From Thermomicrobiales bacterium (lineage in GTDB: Bacteria; Chloroflexota; Chloroflexia; Thermomicrobiales; UBA6265): a DNA stretch of 64,000 nucleotides. Position numbers and translations under genes: made by a program. Positions 1 through 12,491 of the stretch are shown in pieces; position 1 is the first letter of the stretch, and every line of letters starts with the position of its first letter. The notes under the pieces were generated by a model that made no database searches, was not told the origin of the DNA, and was given only the letters and a program-made list of their open reading frames with translations. The stretch is taken from assembly GCA_049646645.1 (NCBI GenBank), contig JBARWF010000134.1, forward strand, positions 2,309 through 66,308. The letters run 5' to 3'.

Positions 1-27
1 TGCGGGATCGCTTCTCATGGGAGCTTG

Positions 28-56
28 AGGGCGGACACACGGGTCCGCCCGTACGG
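28..56. repeat. Family-B GC-rich hairpin repeat, partial copy at window edge
   Basis: The sequence gggcggac-acacgg-gtccgccc-gtacgg has the same GAC...GTC hairpin plus (c)tacg tail as the copy at 33693-33720. It is the reverse-orientation equivalent of 39933-39960 and 58434-58460. Confidence 0.5.
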
Positions 57-153
57 AGTGGACGTGCACGGTCGGTGGACAAAGAGTGCCGGGCGATCTT
101 CTGTTGATCGCCCGGCTGCCAACCTTATTCCCTTTGGCGCTGGAACCGAGTCC

Positions 154-786
154 TTACTTTCGCGGCGGCTGGGGTCGCTTGATCTCGTAGACATTCGGAC
201 GCTCGCGGACGATAGCCGCGAACTCGTCGAAGAACGTCACCGGGTCGCTCGGCATATCGCGGTAGTTGATCTGAAGATAGGCGCCAAGTCCGTTGTCGAA
301 GATGATCGTCGGCGTGCCGAAGACGCCGAGCGACTTCCCGTGCGTGTAGTCTTCCTCGATCTGCGCCAGCACCTCGTTCGAAGTCAGGTCTTCACGGAAC
401 CGGTCGAGGTCGAGACCCGCCTCCGTGGCGGCTGCTTCGAGCACCGCCTGTCCGGCCAGGTTACGGCCATCGATGTGGCGCTTCTTGAAGAGGGCGGTGT
501 GGAACTTCTTGAACGCGTCCTCACCCTGCTTCTTCGCCGCCGCGAAAGCCTGGAAGGAGCGGAGGGTGCTGGAGCCCTCAGTCGGCTTCTCCCAGACCTT
601 GAAGTCGGGATCGCTTGCGTTCACCTGCTCCAGCGGGAAGATCCGCCAGGTGATATCCAGTTTGCCGCCGGTCTGCTCGTTGATCTCGTCCAGCCAGACC
701 TGGCTCGCCCATGCAAAGGGACAGGCATAGTCGAAATAGACGTCGATCTTGACGGGTTCACTCGCATTCGAAATCGATGTAGACAT
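154..786 (-). CDS. DsbA-family thioredoxin-fold protein, monothiol CPFA variant, no signal peptide
   Basis: The N-terminal motif VYFDYACPFAWA matches the DsbA/FrnE-like fold. The second Cys of the CxxC motif is Ala. High GC3 on the minus strand supports coding. Confidence 0.7.
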   Translation of the reverse strand: MSTSISNASEPVKIDVYFDYACPFAWASQVWLDEINEQTGGKLDITWRIFPLEQVNASDPDFKVWEKPTEGSSTLRSFQAFAAAKKQGEDAFKKFHTALFKKRHIDGRNLAGQAVLEAAATEAGLDLDRFREDLTSNEVLAQIEEDYTHGKSLGVFGTPTIIFDNGLGAYLQINYRDMPSDPVTFFDEFAAIVRERPNVYEIKRPQPPRK

Positions 787-806
787 CCGGAGAACGTCCT
801 TTCATA

Positions 807-1417
807 TCAGCGGGCGTCGGCGATCGTCGCCAGCGGCAGGGCGTTCCACGCCGCTAGTACCTGCGCGCGCGTTTCGTCCAGTGTTCCGCTGTTATCAATC
901 ACGCGATCGGCGCGCGCCAGCTTCGCCGCCAACGGGGGCTGCGCCGCCACGCGCTGTCGCGCTTCCACTACCTCTAGTCTATTACGGTTTGTAAGTCGTG
1001 TCACCTGAATCTCGGGGTCGATCGTCACCACCCAGACCACGTCGCAGTGATCTGCATGACCGCTCTCGACCAGTTTGACCGCGTCGATCACGACCACGCC
1101 GGACGGGATCGCATCGACCCGGCGGTCGATCTCGGCGATGATCGCCGGATGTGTGATGCGGTCTAGCTGCGCCAGCGCCTCGGGATCGGAGAAGACGATG
1201 CGGCCGAGCGCGCTCCGGTCGAGCGAGCCGTCCTCCGCGATGATGCCCTCACCGAACGACGCGACGAGCTCGCCCAGCAGCGGTTTCCCCGGCTGGACGA
1301 GCTCGCGATAGACGAGGTCGGCGTCGATGTGCGTGGCGCCGAGTTCCTTCAGCATGGAGACGACGGTGCTCTTGCCGGAGGCGATGCTGCCCGTGACGCC
1401 GAGAACCAGCTTCTCGC

Positions 1418-1421
<4 letters not shown>
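807..1421 (-). CDS. coaE: Dephospho-CoA kinase
   Basis: The N-terminus has the P-loop GVTGSIASGKST, and the roughly 200-aa length is typical of CoaE. A 4-nt overlap with the upstream ABC-F stop indicates an operon. Confidence 0.9.
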
Positions 1422-3391
<1,970 letters not shown>

Positions 3392-3665
3392 GGTGTGAAT
3401 CCGTCAGGGTGGGTGCGAAGCACGGGAAACGTGACACGGAGCGGCGTCGCACGGGCGGTGGTCCGCCGGTGCGAGCGAGCCAGGAGCGGGCGCCCCCGGG
3501 TATGGTCCATAGTCACTGGGGTCGGTGAATCAACACGCCTGCGAATTCCTTGACATCAACGACTGGTGCCTGGAGCTATCCCAATTGCGGACGCTGGTGG
3601 ATGGAGCATCACTCGCAAGCGACGTGCGACCGTGGGTCAACTCCAAGTATACCAGCCTCCGCGTG

Positions 3666-4583
3666 CTACGCCGTCTCCACGGTGGCCCTCGCCGTTCTCC
3701 TCAGCCGTCCCCGCGCATTGGCGGCGCGAACCGAGTCGAACGTGAGCAGCACGAGCGCGATCCAGACCATGCCGAAGCCGACCCAGCGTGTTACAGGAAC
3801 GTGCTCTCCAAGGACGACCACGGCGCACAGCAGTTGCAGGATCGGCGCCAGGAACTGGAGCAGCCCCATCGTCGCCAGGGGCACCCGCCGCGCGGCGGCG
3901 GCGAACATGATGAGCGGGATCGCGGTGACGATGCCGGTTCCCATCAGCCCAAGCCCATGCCACGGTGCGTCGACCGTGAATGTCCCGCGCCCGCTGAGTT
4001 CCATCCAGACCAGCACGACCATCGCGAACGGGGCCAGCACCACCGTCTCGGTCGTCATGCTTGCCAGCGCGCCGATCTTGCCGCCGACCTGCTTCTTGAT
4101 GAACCCGTAGATCGAGAAGGAGATCGCCAGCGTCAGCGCGATCCACGGCGGACGTCCGTAATCGACCGCGATGATCGTGACGGCGAGTGCGCCGGTTCCC
4201 ACCGCGGCCCATTGGAGCGGCCGCAGGCGCTCGCGGAGCAGGAAGACGCCCATCAGCACGAGCATGAGCGGGTTGATGAAGTAGCCGAGTGAGCTCTCGA
4301 CCACGTTGTTGACCGTCACGGCGTAGATATAGACGCCCCAGTTCACGGCCAGGACCGCCGCCGCGACCGCCAGCAGCAGGATGCGGTGCGGCACGCTCGT
4401 CAGATCGCGCACCCATGTCAAGTCGCGCAGGATCGCCCACGCGATGACGCAGAAGACAAGCGACCAGATCATCCGGTGGGTGAGAATCTCCAGCGCGCTG
4501 GCCGGTGCCAGGATGTGGAAGTAGAGGGGAAAGATGCCCCAGAGGAAATAGGCGCCCGCCCCGAAGGCGACGCCGCGTTCCAT
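3666..4583 (-). CDS. rarD: EamA/RarD-family transporter
   Basis: The RarD-like N-terminus GAGAYFLWGIFPLYF is followed by about 10 hydrophobic segments. The start was re-picked at the internal Met (MERGVAF); the ORF track extends to 4814 across repeat DNA. Confidence 0.78.
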   Translation of the reverse strand: MERGVAFGAGAYFLWGIFPLYFHILAPASALEILTHRMIWSLVFCVIAWAILRDLTWVRDLTSVPHRILLLAVAAAVLAVNWGVYIYAVTVNNVVESSLGYFINPLMLVLMGVFLLRERLRPLQWAAVGTGALAVTIIAVDYGRPPWIALTLAISFSIYGFIKKQVGGKIGALASMTTETVVLAPFAMVVLVWMELSGRGTFTVDAPWHGLGLMGTGIVTAIPLIMFAAAARRVPLATMGLLQFLAPILQLLCAVVVLGEHVPVTRWVGFGMVWIALVLLTFDSVRAANARGRLRRTARATVETA

Positions 4584-4797
4584 CTCGCCGGTCGCCCCGC
4601 CGGCCGAGACCTCCCCGGGATCGCTACCACTTGCCACCGATCTCTTCACTGGTTTCGACCTTGCTTTCCCGACGTGCGCGCTCTCGATGGCTGGACGATT
4701 CCAGACACGGTATCGTGGCACGAGGCGCCCCGCTGCGGCAAGCACGCGGTCGCCAGCGACGCTCCTCGTTGCCGTACAATGCCTCCGCAGTGACACT

Positions 4798-4869
4798 CCG
4801 TAGCGGTCGACCAAGGAGCTTGTCCTGAGCCTGTCGAAGGATGGCGACCATCGGCCAGAGGCCGATCAC
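4798..4869. repeat. Composite repeat: family-B unit interrupted by a family-A arm
   Basis: The B-unit start ccgtagcggtcgacc (4798-4812) and B-unit end cgaccatcggccagaggccgatcac (4845-4869) flank tgtcctgagcctgtcgaaggatgg (4821-4844), which is an A-arm variant. Confidence 0.5.
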
Positions 4870-4952
4870 GCGGCGGGAGCGGGCGAGGACACGGACAATG
4901 CGACAACACGTCTGCGTTTCACAGCCGTTTCACGAGGGGCCGGAGAACCACG

Positions 4953-6290
4953 ATGACCGACACCATCGAACAGCAGGACGTCACGGCGATCTGGCCGCTG
5001 GAGACGACCCGCAACGCACGCGGCGAGCTCATCATCGGGGGCGTCTCCCTGAGCACGATCGCCAGCGAATACGGGACCCCCACCTACATCTATGATGAAG
5101 TGACGCTGCGGACCACTGCCCGGCGCTTCGTGGATGCCTTCGCCGCGGCGTACCCGAAGTCCCGTGTTGTCTACGCGGGCAAGGCGTTCCTTGCCACCGC
5201 GCTCGTGCGTCTCCTCCGGGAGGAGGGACTCGGGCTCGACGTGGTCTCCGGCGGCGAGCTCTACCTCGGACTGGCCGCCGGCATGCCGGCGCGTGAGATC
5301 TCGATGCACGGCAACAACAAGACCCGCCCCGAGCTCCAGGAGGCGATTGCCGCCGGCATCGGCAAGATCGTGGTCGACAACGAGCATGAGATCGATCTTC
5401 TCGCTGAGCTGACGCGGGATTGCCCGGAGCCGTTGACCGTCCTGCTGCGGCTCAACCCCGGCGTTGATGTCCACACCCACAAGAAGATCAGCACCGGTCT
5501 CGCTGACTCGAAGTTCGGCCTGCCGATCGTCAACGGCCAGGCGGAAGACGCGGTCGCGCGGATCGCGGTGATTCCGACCCTGCGGCTGGCGGGTTACCAT
5601 GCCCATGTGGGGTCGCAGCTCTTCGATCCGGAAGCCACGCTCGATGCGATCGACGAACTGCTCTCCTTCGCCGCTGCCATGCGCGACAGGCACGGGGTGG
5701 AGATGGAGCATCTCTCGCCGGGCGGCGGATTCGGGATCGCCTATGAAGCTGGCGACGAGCCGCTGCCGCTGGAAACCTGGGCATCCCGGATTGGCGATGC
5801 GATCCGGTCTGGCTGTGAGGCACGGGGATTGCCCCTCCCCACGGTCACGGTGGAGCCGGGACGCGCGATCGCCGGTCCGGCCGGTGTCGCTCTCTATAGC
5901 GTCGGTGCGCGGAAATCGCTTCCCGGCATTCGCACGTATGTCTCGGTCGATGGCGGGATGGCGGACAACATCCGACCCTCGCTCTACGGTGCCCGTTACA
6001 GCGCGGCGCTCGCAAACCGTCAGCCGGAGGCGGACGATGCGCCCGAGACGGTGACGATCGCCGGTAAGTTCTGCGAATCAGGGGACGTGCTGATCGAGGA
6101 CATTTCCTTGCCGCGTCTGGAGCCGGGAGACCTGCTCGCCGTTCCCGCGGCCGGCGCCTATTGCCTGGCGATGGCGAGCAACTACAATCTCGCGCCGCGC
6201 CCGGCTGTTGTCCTCGTCGGGAAGGGTGGGCGCCGGCTCATCCGCCGCCGGGAGACGTATGCCGACCTGATGCAATTCGATGTGAGCTAG
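4953..6290 (+). CDS. lysA: Diaminopimelate decarboxylase
   Basis: Full-length similarity to the LysA/Orn-DAP-Arg decarboxylase fold. Supporting motifs include VVYAGKAF, HVGSQ, GGGFGI and CESGD. Confidence 0.92.
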   Translation: MTDTIEQQDVTAIWPLETTRNARGELIIGGVSLSTIASEYGTPTYIYDEVTLRTTARRFVDAFAAAYPKSRVVYAGKAFLATALVRLLREEGLGLDVVSGGELYLGLAAGMPAREISMHGNNKTRPELQEAIAAGIGKIVVDNEHEIDLLAELTRDCPEPLTVLLRLNPGVDVHTHKKISTGLADSKFGLPIVNGQAEDAVARIAVIPTLRLAGYHAHVGSQLFDPEATLDAIDELLSFAAAMRDRHGVEMEHLSPGGGFGIAYEAGDEPLPLETWASRIGDAIRSGCEARGLPLPTVTVEPGRAIAGPAGVALYSVGARKSLPGIRTYVSVDGGMADNIRPSLYGARYSAALANRQPEADDAPETVTIAGKFCESGDVLIEDISLPRLEPGDLLAVPAAGAYCLAMASNYNLAPRPAVVLVGKGGRRLIRRRETYADLMQFDVS

Positions 6291-6306
6291 CGTCGAGTCC
6301 ACTGGT

Positions 6307-6438
6307 CGTCATTTGAGCTTGTCGAGAAATCTCTCATTCGGCACGTCTCGCATCAGCAGAGTGGCACGAAACTGGAGGCGAGCACTGTTCCTCGAAGCTC
6401 CCACGAAAAGAGATTTCTCGACTTCGCTCGAAATGACG
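6307..6438. repeat. Family-A MITE-like element (copy A1)
   Basis: The left arm cgtcatttgagcttgtcgagaaatctct and right arm agagatttctcgacttcgctcgaaatgacg form an inverted repeat around a roughly 75-nt core. It lies immediately 3' of lysA. Confidence 0.7.
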
Positions 6439-6847
6439 GGGACAGGGATGGTGCTTGGCACCTCGTGGTCTCTCGCGTGACACGTGGCCCCGCGCCCACG
6501 CGAATGCGCGGCCTCAAGTTTGCATTTCCCGGCATCTCGGTGTATGTTCCTTGCTTCGAATTGGGAATCCGCTACCGCCAGCATCACCTTCCACAGATCT
6601 TGACATTTGGGCGCGGCGGCGGCATCAACGTCGCGTATCATTCACGATGTGTCGAGCGGGAACGGTCGCCCGCGTAGGGCTTGTGGCGGCCCTGCGATTT
6701 ATCCGAACGGAGCCGATTCCCGTTCTGGCGTCGATTTCTGCATGACAGGCGGATTCGAAGAGGGCGATCGAACGAGACATCTTCTCGAAGATGCGTGCAT
6801 CTGCGTGATCGGGGATCGCCACCACGTGTGCGAAAGGGGTCAACGCT

Positions 6848-8401
<1,554 letters not shown>

Positions 8402-8477
8402 TATCGCTGACGCTCCGATGTCGTCAACCGTCCTCTCTCCCTGTGAACGCATATATCTGGGGCGTATCGATTCACAT

Positions 8478-8526
8478 CCGTAGGGTGCGACTGCATATCG
8501 CCCCGATCGATCGAAGATCGATATCC
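8478..8526. repeat. Family-B double-hairpin unit
   Basis: The unit ccgtaggg-tgcgac..atcgcc-c-cgatcgatc-gaa-gatcgat-atcc has the same architecture as 10339-10388 and 58434-58480. Confidence 0.55.
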
Positions 8527-8793
8527 AGGGGTGCGACCCGGTGGAGGCCCCATCACGGGACCGTGTCCGCTCCAGTGTCGTCGGGGCGGACCCCCGAAGC
8601 CCTGCCTGAATGACGGGTTGGTGGCCCGGCTCACGACACCGGAAAGCACGGGACATTCTGGCCCGGACATCGCCCGGGAAGCGCTCGGCATAAGGGCGAT
8701 CACGCATACTGTCATACTGTTCCTGGCGGCAGAGAGGCCGCAGTTTTTGATTTCAACAATCATCCTCGTCACGCATTCCAAGGAGAAACCCCG

Positions 8794-10275
8794 GTGCTCG
8801 TCGATCAGGCACGCATATTCGTCAAGGCAGGGAACGGCGGTAACGGCGCCGCGTCGTTCCGGCGCGAGAAGTACGCGCCGATGGGAGGCCCCGATGGCGG
8901 GGACGGAGGGCGTGGGGGCGATATCGTCCTGCGCGTCGTCGAGAACCTGAACAGCCTGCTTCCCTTCCAGTACGTCAACCACTACGAGGCAAAGAACGGC
9001 GAGGGCGGAGCCGGGCGCCAGAAGCACGGCAAGAAGGGCGCCTCGGAAATCATCAAGGTTCCGCAGGGAACGGTCGTCTTCCTCGATGAGACCGGCGAGC
9101 AGATCGCCGACCTGCTCGATCCCGGCGAGGAGTTCGTGGTCGCCACAGGCGGCAAGGGCGGTCTGGGTAACGTTCACTTCAAGTCGTCCACGCGCCAGGC
9201 CCCGCGGATCGCCGAGTTGGGCGAACCCGGTGAAGAACACTGGCTGCGGTTGGAGCTTCGCCTCATCGCGGATGTCGGGCTCGTCGGCCTGCCGAACGCG
9301 GGCAAGTCGACCCTGCTCGCCTCATCGACGCGGGCAAAGCCGAAGATCGCCGACTATCCCTTCACGACCCTTCAGCCAAACCTGGGCGTGGTCGAGATCG
9401 GCGGCCGGGGCGGTCAGACCTTCGTCATGGCCGATATCCCCGGGTTGATCGAGGGCGCGGCGGAAGGCGCCGGGCTCGGTCACGAGTTCCTGCGCCATGT
9501 CCGCCGGACCAAGGTCCTCATCCACGTGCTGGATGCATCGGGCGGGCTCGAAGGGCGCGATCCGCTGGAGGACTTCCGGACCATCAACAGCGAGATCTCC
9601 TCGTTCGATCCGGAGATGAGCAGCAAACCCATGGTCGTCGCGCTCAACAAGGTCGATCTGGTCGAGGCGCGCGATAACCTGCCCCGGCTGCACGAGGTGC
9701 TGGACGCGGAAGGGTATCGCGTCTTCGAGATCTCGGCCGCGACGGGCGAGGGCACCCCGGAGCTGCTGAACGCGGTGGCCGCCGAGCTGCACGAGATCTA
9801 CCTCCAGGAAGAAGAGGCGCGCAAGAAGGCCGCGGAGCGACCGAAGCGCCGGGTCTACACCATCGGCAACATCAATGACCGGGCGTGGGAGGTCTCCCGG
9901 CCCTCCGCGCACCACTGGGTGATTACCGGAACCGGCATCGAGCGATTCGCGAAGATGACGAATTTCGACCAGTGGGAGTCTGCCGATCGTTTCCAGCGCG
10001 TGCTCGACCGCGCGGGCATTCTGAAGGAGCTCCAGCGGCAGGGTATTCAGGACAACGACACGGTCCACATCGCTGATTTCGAGATGGTCTGGGGCGATCA
10101 GGACGACGACGAGCAGAAATCCTACGATCAGCGGCGACCGTCTGCGATCCGGCGGAGTCTGGAGAAGAAGGCGCGCCAGGAGGAAGCCGAGTTCGACCTG
10201 GATGACGTTGACGACGGGTTCGACTTCGATGACGACGAGCTGACCTTCTCGGTGCCCATCGACGAGCGGGAGTAG
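8794..10275 (+). CDS. obg: GTPase Obg/CgtA with Obg_CT domain and extra acidic tail
   Basis: It has the Obg fold N-terminus (FVKAGNGGNGAASFRREK), G-motifs (GLPNAGKST, DIPGLIEGA, NKVD) and a C-terminal DUF1967-like segment. The start is GTG, preceded by AAGGAGA. Confidence 0.92.
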   Translation: MLVDQARIFVKAGNGGNGAASFRREKYAPMGGPDGGDGGRGGDIVLRVVENLNSLLPFQYVNHYEAKNGEGGAGRQKHGKKGASEIIKVPQGTVVFLDETGEQIADLLDPGEEFVVATGGKGGLGNVHFKSSTRQAPRIAELGEPGEEHWLRLELRLIADVGLVGLPNAGKSTLLASSTRAKPKIADYPFTTLQPNLGVVEIGGRGGQTFVMADIPGLIEGAAEGAGLGHEFLRHVRRTKVLIHVLDASGGLEGRDPLEDFRTINSEISSFDPEMSSKPMVVALNKVDLVEARDNLPRLHEVLDAEGYRVFEISAATGEGTPELLNAVAAELHEIYLQEEEARKKAAERPKRRVYTIGNINDRAWEVSRPSAHHWVITGTGIERFAKMTNFDQWESADRFQRVLDRAGILKELQRQGIQDNDTVHIADFEMVWGDQDDDEQKSYDQRRPSAIRRSLEKKARQEEAEFDLDDVDDGFDFDDDELTFSVPIDERE

Positions 10276-10282
10276 GGGGCTT

Positions 10283-10388
10283 ATACCGATATCGGCTCCG
10301 CTTGTTCGTACGGTGCGACCCGCGATATCGGTTCCCATCCGTAGGGTGCGACTATATGTCGCACCGATGGCCCGAAAGGCCATATCTC
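10283..10388. repeat. Family-B repeats (one full unit plus one partial unit)
   Basis: The full unit ccgtaggg-tgcgac-tatat-gtcgca-c-cgatggcc-cgaaa-ggccat-atctc spans 10339-10388. A partial unit with ccgatatcgg palindromes lies upstream. Confidence 0.55.
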
Positions 10389-10426
10389 GACCGGTTGATT
10401 GGCGGCGCCTGATAAGGCTGGAGGCG

Positions 10427-11014
10427 TCACATCCGGGCGTCGGGCAGCCGCGTGAGAATCGCGTCGACCGTTTCCTCGACGGTGAGCGCCGAGGTGTCGA
10501 GCCACAGCCCGATGGGCGCCGTTTCGTTACGGAGCGACTCGTCCAGCTCGGCGGCGGTCCACGCGCCATATCCCGTCTTTGGCCGCCGGACATCACGCTC
10601 GGCGGCAACCTCCGCGGACGGCGCCAGCACCACGACATGAACCGGCTGGCGCCGGGGGTCGAGCAGGGCAACGACCCGTTCGAGGTCGGCTCCCAGGATG
10701 ACGTCCTGATAGACCACGGCGAAGCCCGCGGCGGCGTACTCCCGCGCAACAGTGGTCGCGAGCCGGTAACGAAGGTGGAGCTGCCGTTCGGCGGCGTCCC
10801 AGTTCTCGGACGTGACCTCAGCGCGTCCATTGACGATCATCTTCCGGAAGAGGTCGCCGCGCAGATGGACACTGACCGGCAAACGCTCTGCGAGCGCCTG
10901 CGCGACGGTCGACTTGCCCGCCGCCATGATGCCGGTGATGAGCACGATCGCTCCCGCGAGCGCCCGAGCCTCGCTCGCCTCTTCCCGGCTGTCGAGAGCG
11001 GCAGGAGAACTCAT
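10427..11014 (-). CDS. P-loop kinase-like protein (AAA_33 / chloramphenicol-phosphotransferase-like family)
   Basis: It has the Walker A motif ITGIMAAGKST and a small (about 195-aa) kinase-like size. A 4-nt overlap with the plsC stop is present. The substrate is unknown. Confidence 0.55.
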   Translation of the reverse strand: MSSPAALDSREEASEARALAGAIVLITGIMAAGKSTVAQALAERLPVSVHLRGDLFRKMIVNGRAEVTSENWDAAERQLHLRYRLATTVAREYAAAGFAVVYQDVILGADLERVVALLDPRRQPVHVVVLAPSAEVAAERDVRRPKTGYGAWTAAELDESLRNETAPIGLWLDTSALTVEETVDAILTRLPDARM

Positions 11015-11772
11015 GGCTGGGCGTACTCAGCCTTGACCTGGGCTGCCTGTACCTCGTCGGCGTAGACGCCGCGATAGCCAGGGGGCAGCAGTGCGGCGAT
11101 CTTGTGCATCATGAAGACTGACGCATCGGCGGCCGAGAGGCGCTTGCCGTCGATCTCCCGTGGCAGGGTGAACGGCTCGCCAAAGACGACCCGGGCCCCG
11201 CGAATGCCGGCCTTCCGGCCGATCGGTGGTCGCTTGCCGTTGAACGGCAGCCGTTCCGTCCCGATCACCGCCACCGGCAGGATTGGCGCGTTGGCCCGCA
11301 GCCCGATCAGCCCGGCTCCGGGCAGGGCCTCTTTCAATGCGCCACTCTTGCTGCGCGTCCCCTCGGGGAACATGCCGAGGGCGATCCCCTGCCGCAGCGT
11401 CTCCTCCGAGCGACGGATCGCCCAGCGGTCCGGATGGCCGCGATCGATGGGAAAGGTGCCGCCGAACCGGATGATGCGGCGCAGCACCGGGACTTCGAAG
11501 AGCTCCCGCTTGCCCATGTAGTGGATGGGGCGCGTGCAGGCGATGGCGATCAGCACCGGATCGGCGTTGTGCAGGTGGTTGCCGACGACGAGGACGCCGC
11601 CCGTTTTCGGGATGTTGTCCAGCCCTTCGATCTTCAACCCGATCAGCAGGCGACAGAGCATCAGCAGGATCGCGCGGATCGTCCGGAAGACGCCACCCTG
11701 CATCGTGCCTTTCCGCAGGTCGCCGAATTCCTCGCGGGTGCGGCTGCGGTCGCGGCGCGGTTCGACGCTCAC
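11011..11772 (-). CDS. plsC: 1-acyl-sn-glycerol-3-phosphate acyltransferase
   Basis: It carries the acyltransferase HX4D motif (GNHLHNADP) and FPEGTRS. The GTG start overlaps the cmk stop (GTGA). Confidence 0.85.
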   Translation of the reverse strand: MSVEPRRDRSRTREEFGDLRKGTMQGGVFRTIRAILLMLCRLLIGLKIEGLDNIPKTGGVLVVGNHLHNADPVLIAIACTRPIHYMGKRELFEVPVLRRIIRFGGTFPIDRGHPDRWAIRRSEETLRQGIALGMFPEGTRSKSGALKEALPGAGLIGLRANAPILPVAVIGTERLPFNGKRPPIGRKAGIRGARVVFGEPFTLPREIDGKRLSAADASVFMMHKIAALLPPGYRGVYADEVQAAQVKAEYAQP

Positions 11773-12491
11773 ACCTGTGGTCCCGGAGCAGCTTCGGCAG
11801 CGCGTGCGGCCTCGACGGCCTGCTTCAGCTCGGTCACGATCTCGTCGATCGTCCGGCCGTCGGTTTCCACGATCACGGCATCATCGGCGGCGCGCAGCGG
11901 CGCCGACTCGCGGCCACTGTCGTATTCGTCCCGGCGTCGGAGGTCCTCCAGCACCGTCTGGTAGGTGGCATCAGGGTCGCGCTCCTGCAGGTCGAGCAGG
12001 CGTCGTCGGGCCCGTTCCTCGACGCTGGCATCGAGGTAGACCTTGAACCCGGCGTCCGGGGCCACGACCGTGCCGATATCGCGCCCGACCATCACGACGT
12101 GGGCACCATTGGCGATAGTGCGTTGGGTATCGAGCAGCACGCGCCGCACCTCGGGATGCGCGGAGACCTCGGAGACGTCCGCATCGACGGCTGGCGTGCG
12201 AATCGCCCAGGTGACATCCTCGCTGTCGAGCAGGACGTCGGCCTGGCGGCCATCTTCGACCGAGGGGGGCCGCAATTCGATCCGAAGTCCGGAGGCAAGC
12301 TGGGCGAGGGCCGCCTCATCGTCCAATGGGGTGCCGGTGCGCTGCGCCGCGAGCGTCACAGCGCGGTAGAGCGCGCCCGTGTCGAACAGGAGCGAGCCGG
12401 TTTGCTCCGCCAGCTTGCGAGCAACCGTCGATTTACCCGCGGCCCCGGGTCCGTCGATGGCGATTACCCAGCGGTGATCGAGGTCCGTCAT
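11769..12491 (-). CDS. cmk: Cytidylate kinase
   Basis: The N-terminus VIAIDGPGAAGKST and the roughly 240-aa length fit Cmk. The start was re-picked at MTDLDHRW; the ORF track extends to 12773. Confidence 0.88.
   Translation of the reverse strand: MTDLDHRWVIAIDGPGAAGKSTVARKLAEQTGSLLFDTGALYRAVTLAAQRTGTPLDDEAALAQLASGLRIELRPPSVEDGRQADVLLDSEDVTWAIRTPAVDADVSEVSAHPEVRRVLLDTQRTIANGAHVVMVGRDIGTVVAPDAGFKVYLDASVEERARRRLLDLQERDPDATYQTVLEDLRRRDEYDSGRESAPLRAADDAVIVETDGRTIDEIVTELKQAVEAARAAEAAPGPQV

Noticed and set aside
25-1008. A 327-aa plus-strand ORF at the window start.
   Set aside because: It lies antisense to the well-supported dsbA-like and coaE genes. It has an Arg/Ala/Val-rich composition typical of the shadow frame in high-GC DNA, with no motif.
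4815-4952. A possible lysine riboswitch upstream of lysA.
   Set aside because: The spacer is occupied by repeat-family sequence. I could not recognise the conserved L-box helices. It would need an Infernal scan to exclude formally.
6599-6640. A TTGACA hexamer upstream of rpoD, as a possible promoter.
   Set aside because: No acceptable -10 hexamer lies at 16-19 bp spacing. The nearest TATCAT is 30 bp away.
6309-6641. Short ORFs (60-110 aa) spanning the lysA-rpoD spacer. Similar ORFs occur at 19008-19814 and 25537-26679.
   Set aside because: They are translations of family-A/B repeat DNA. The recurring peptides come from the repeat arms, not from genes.
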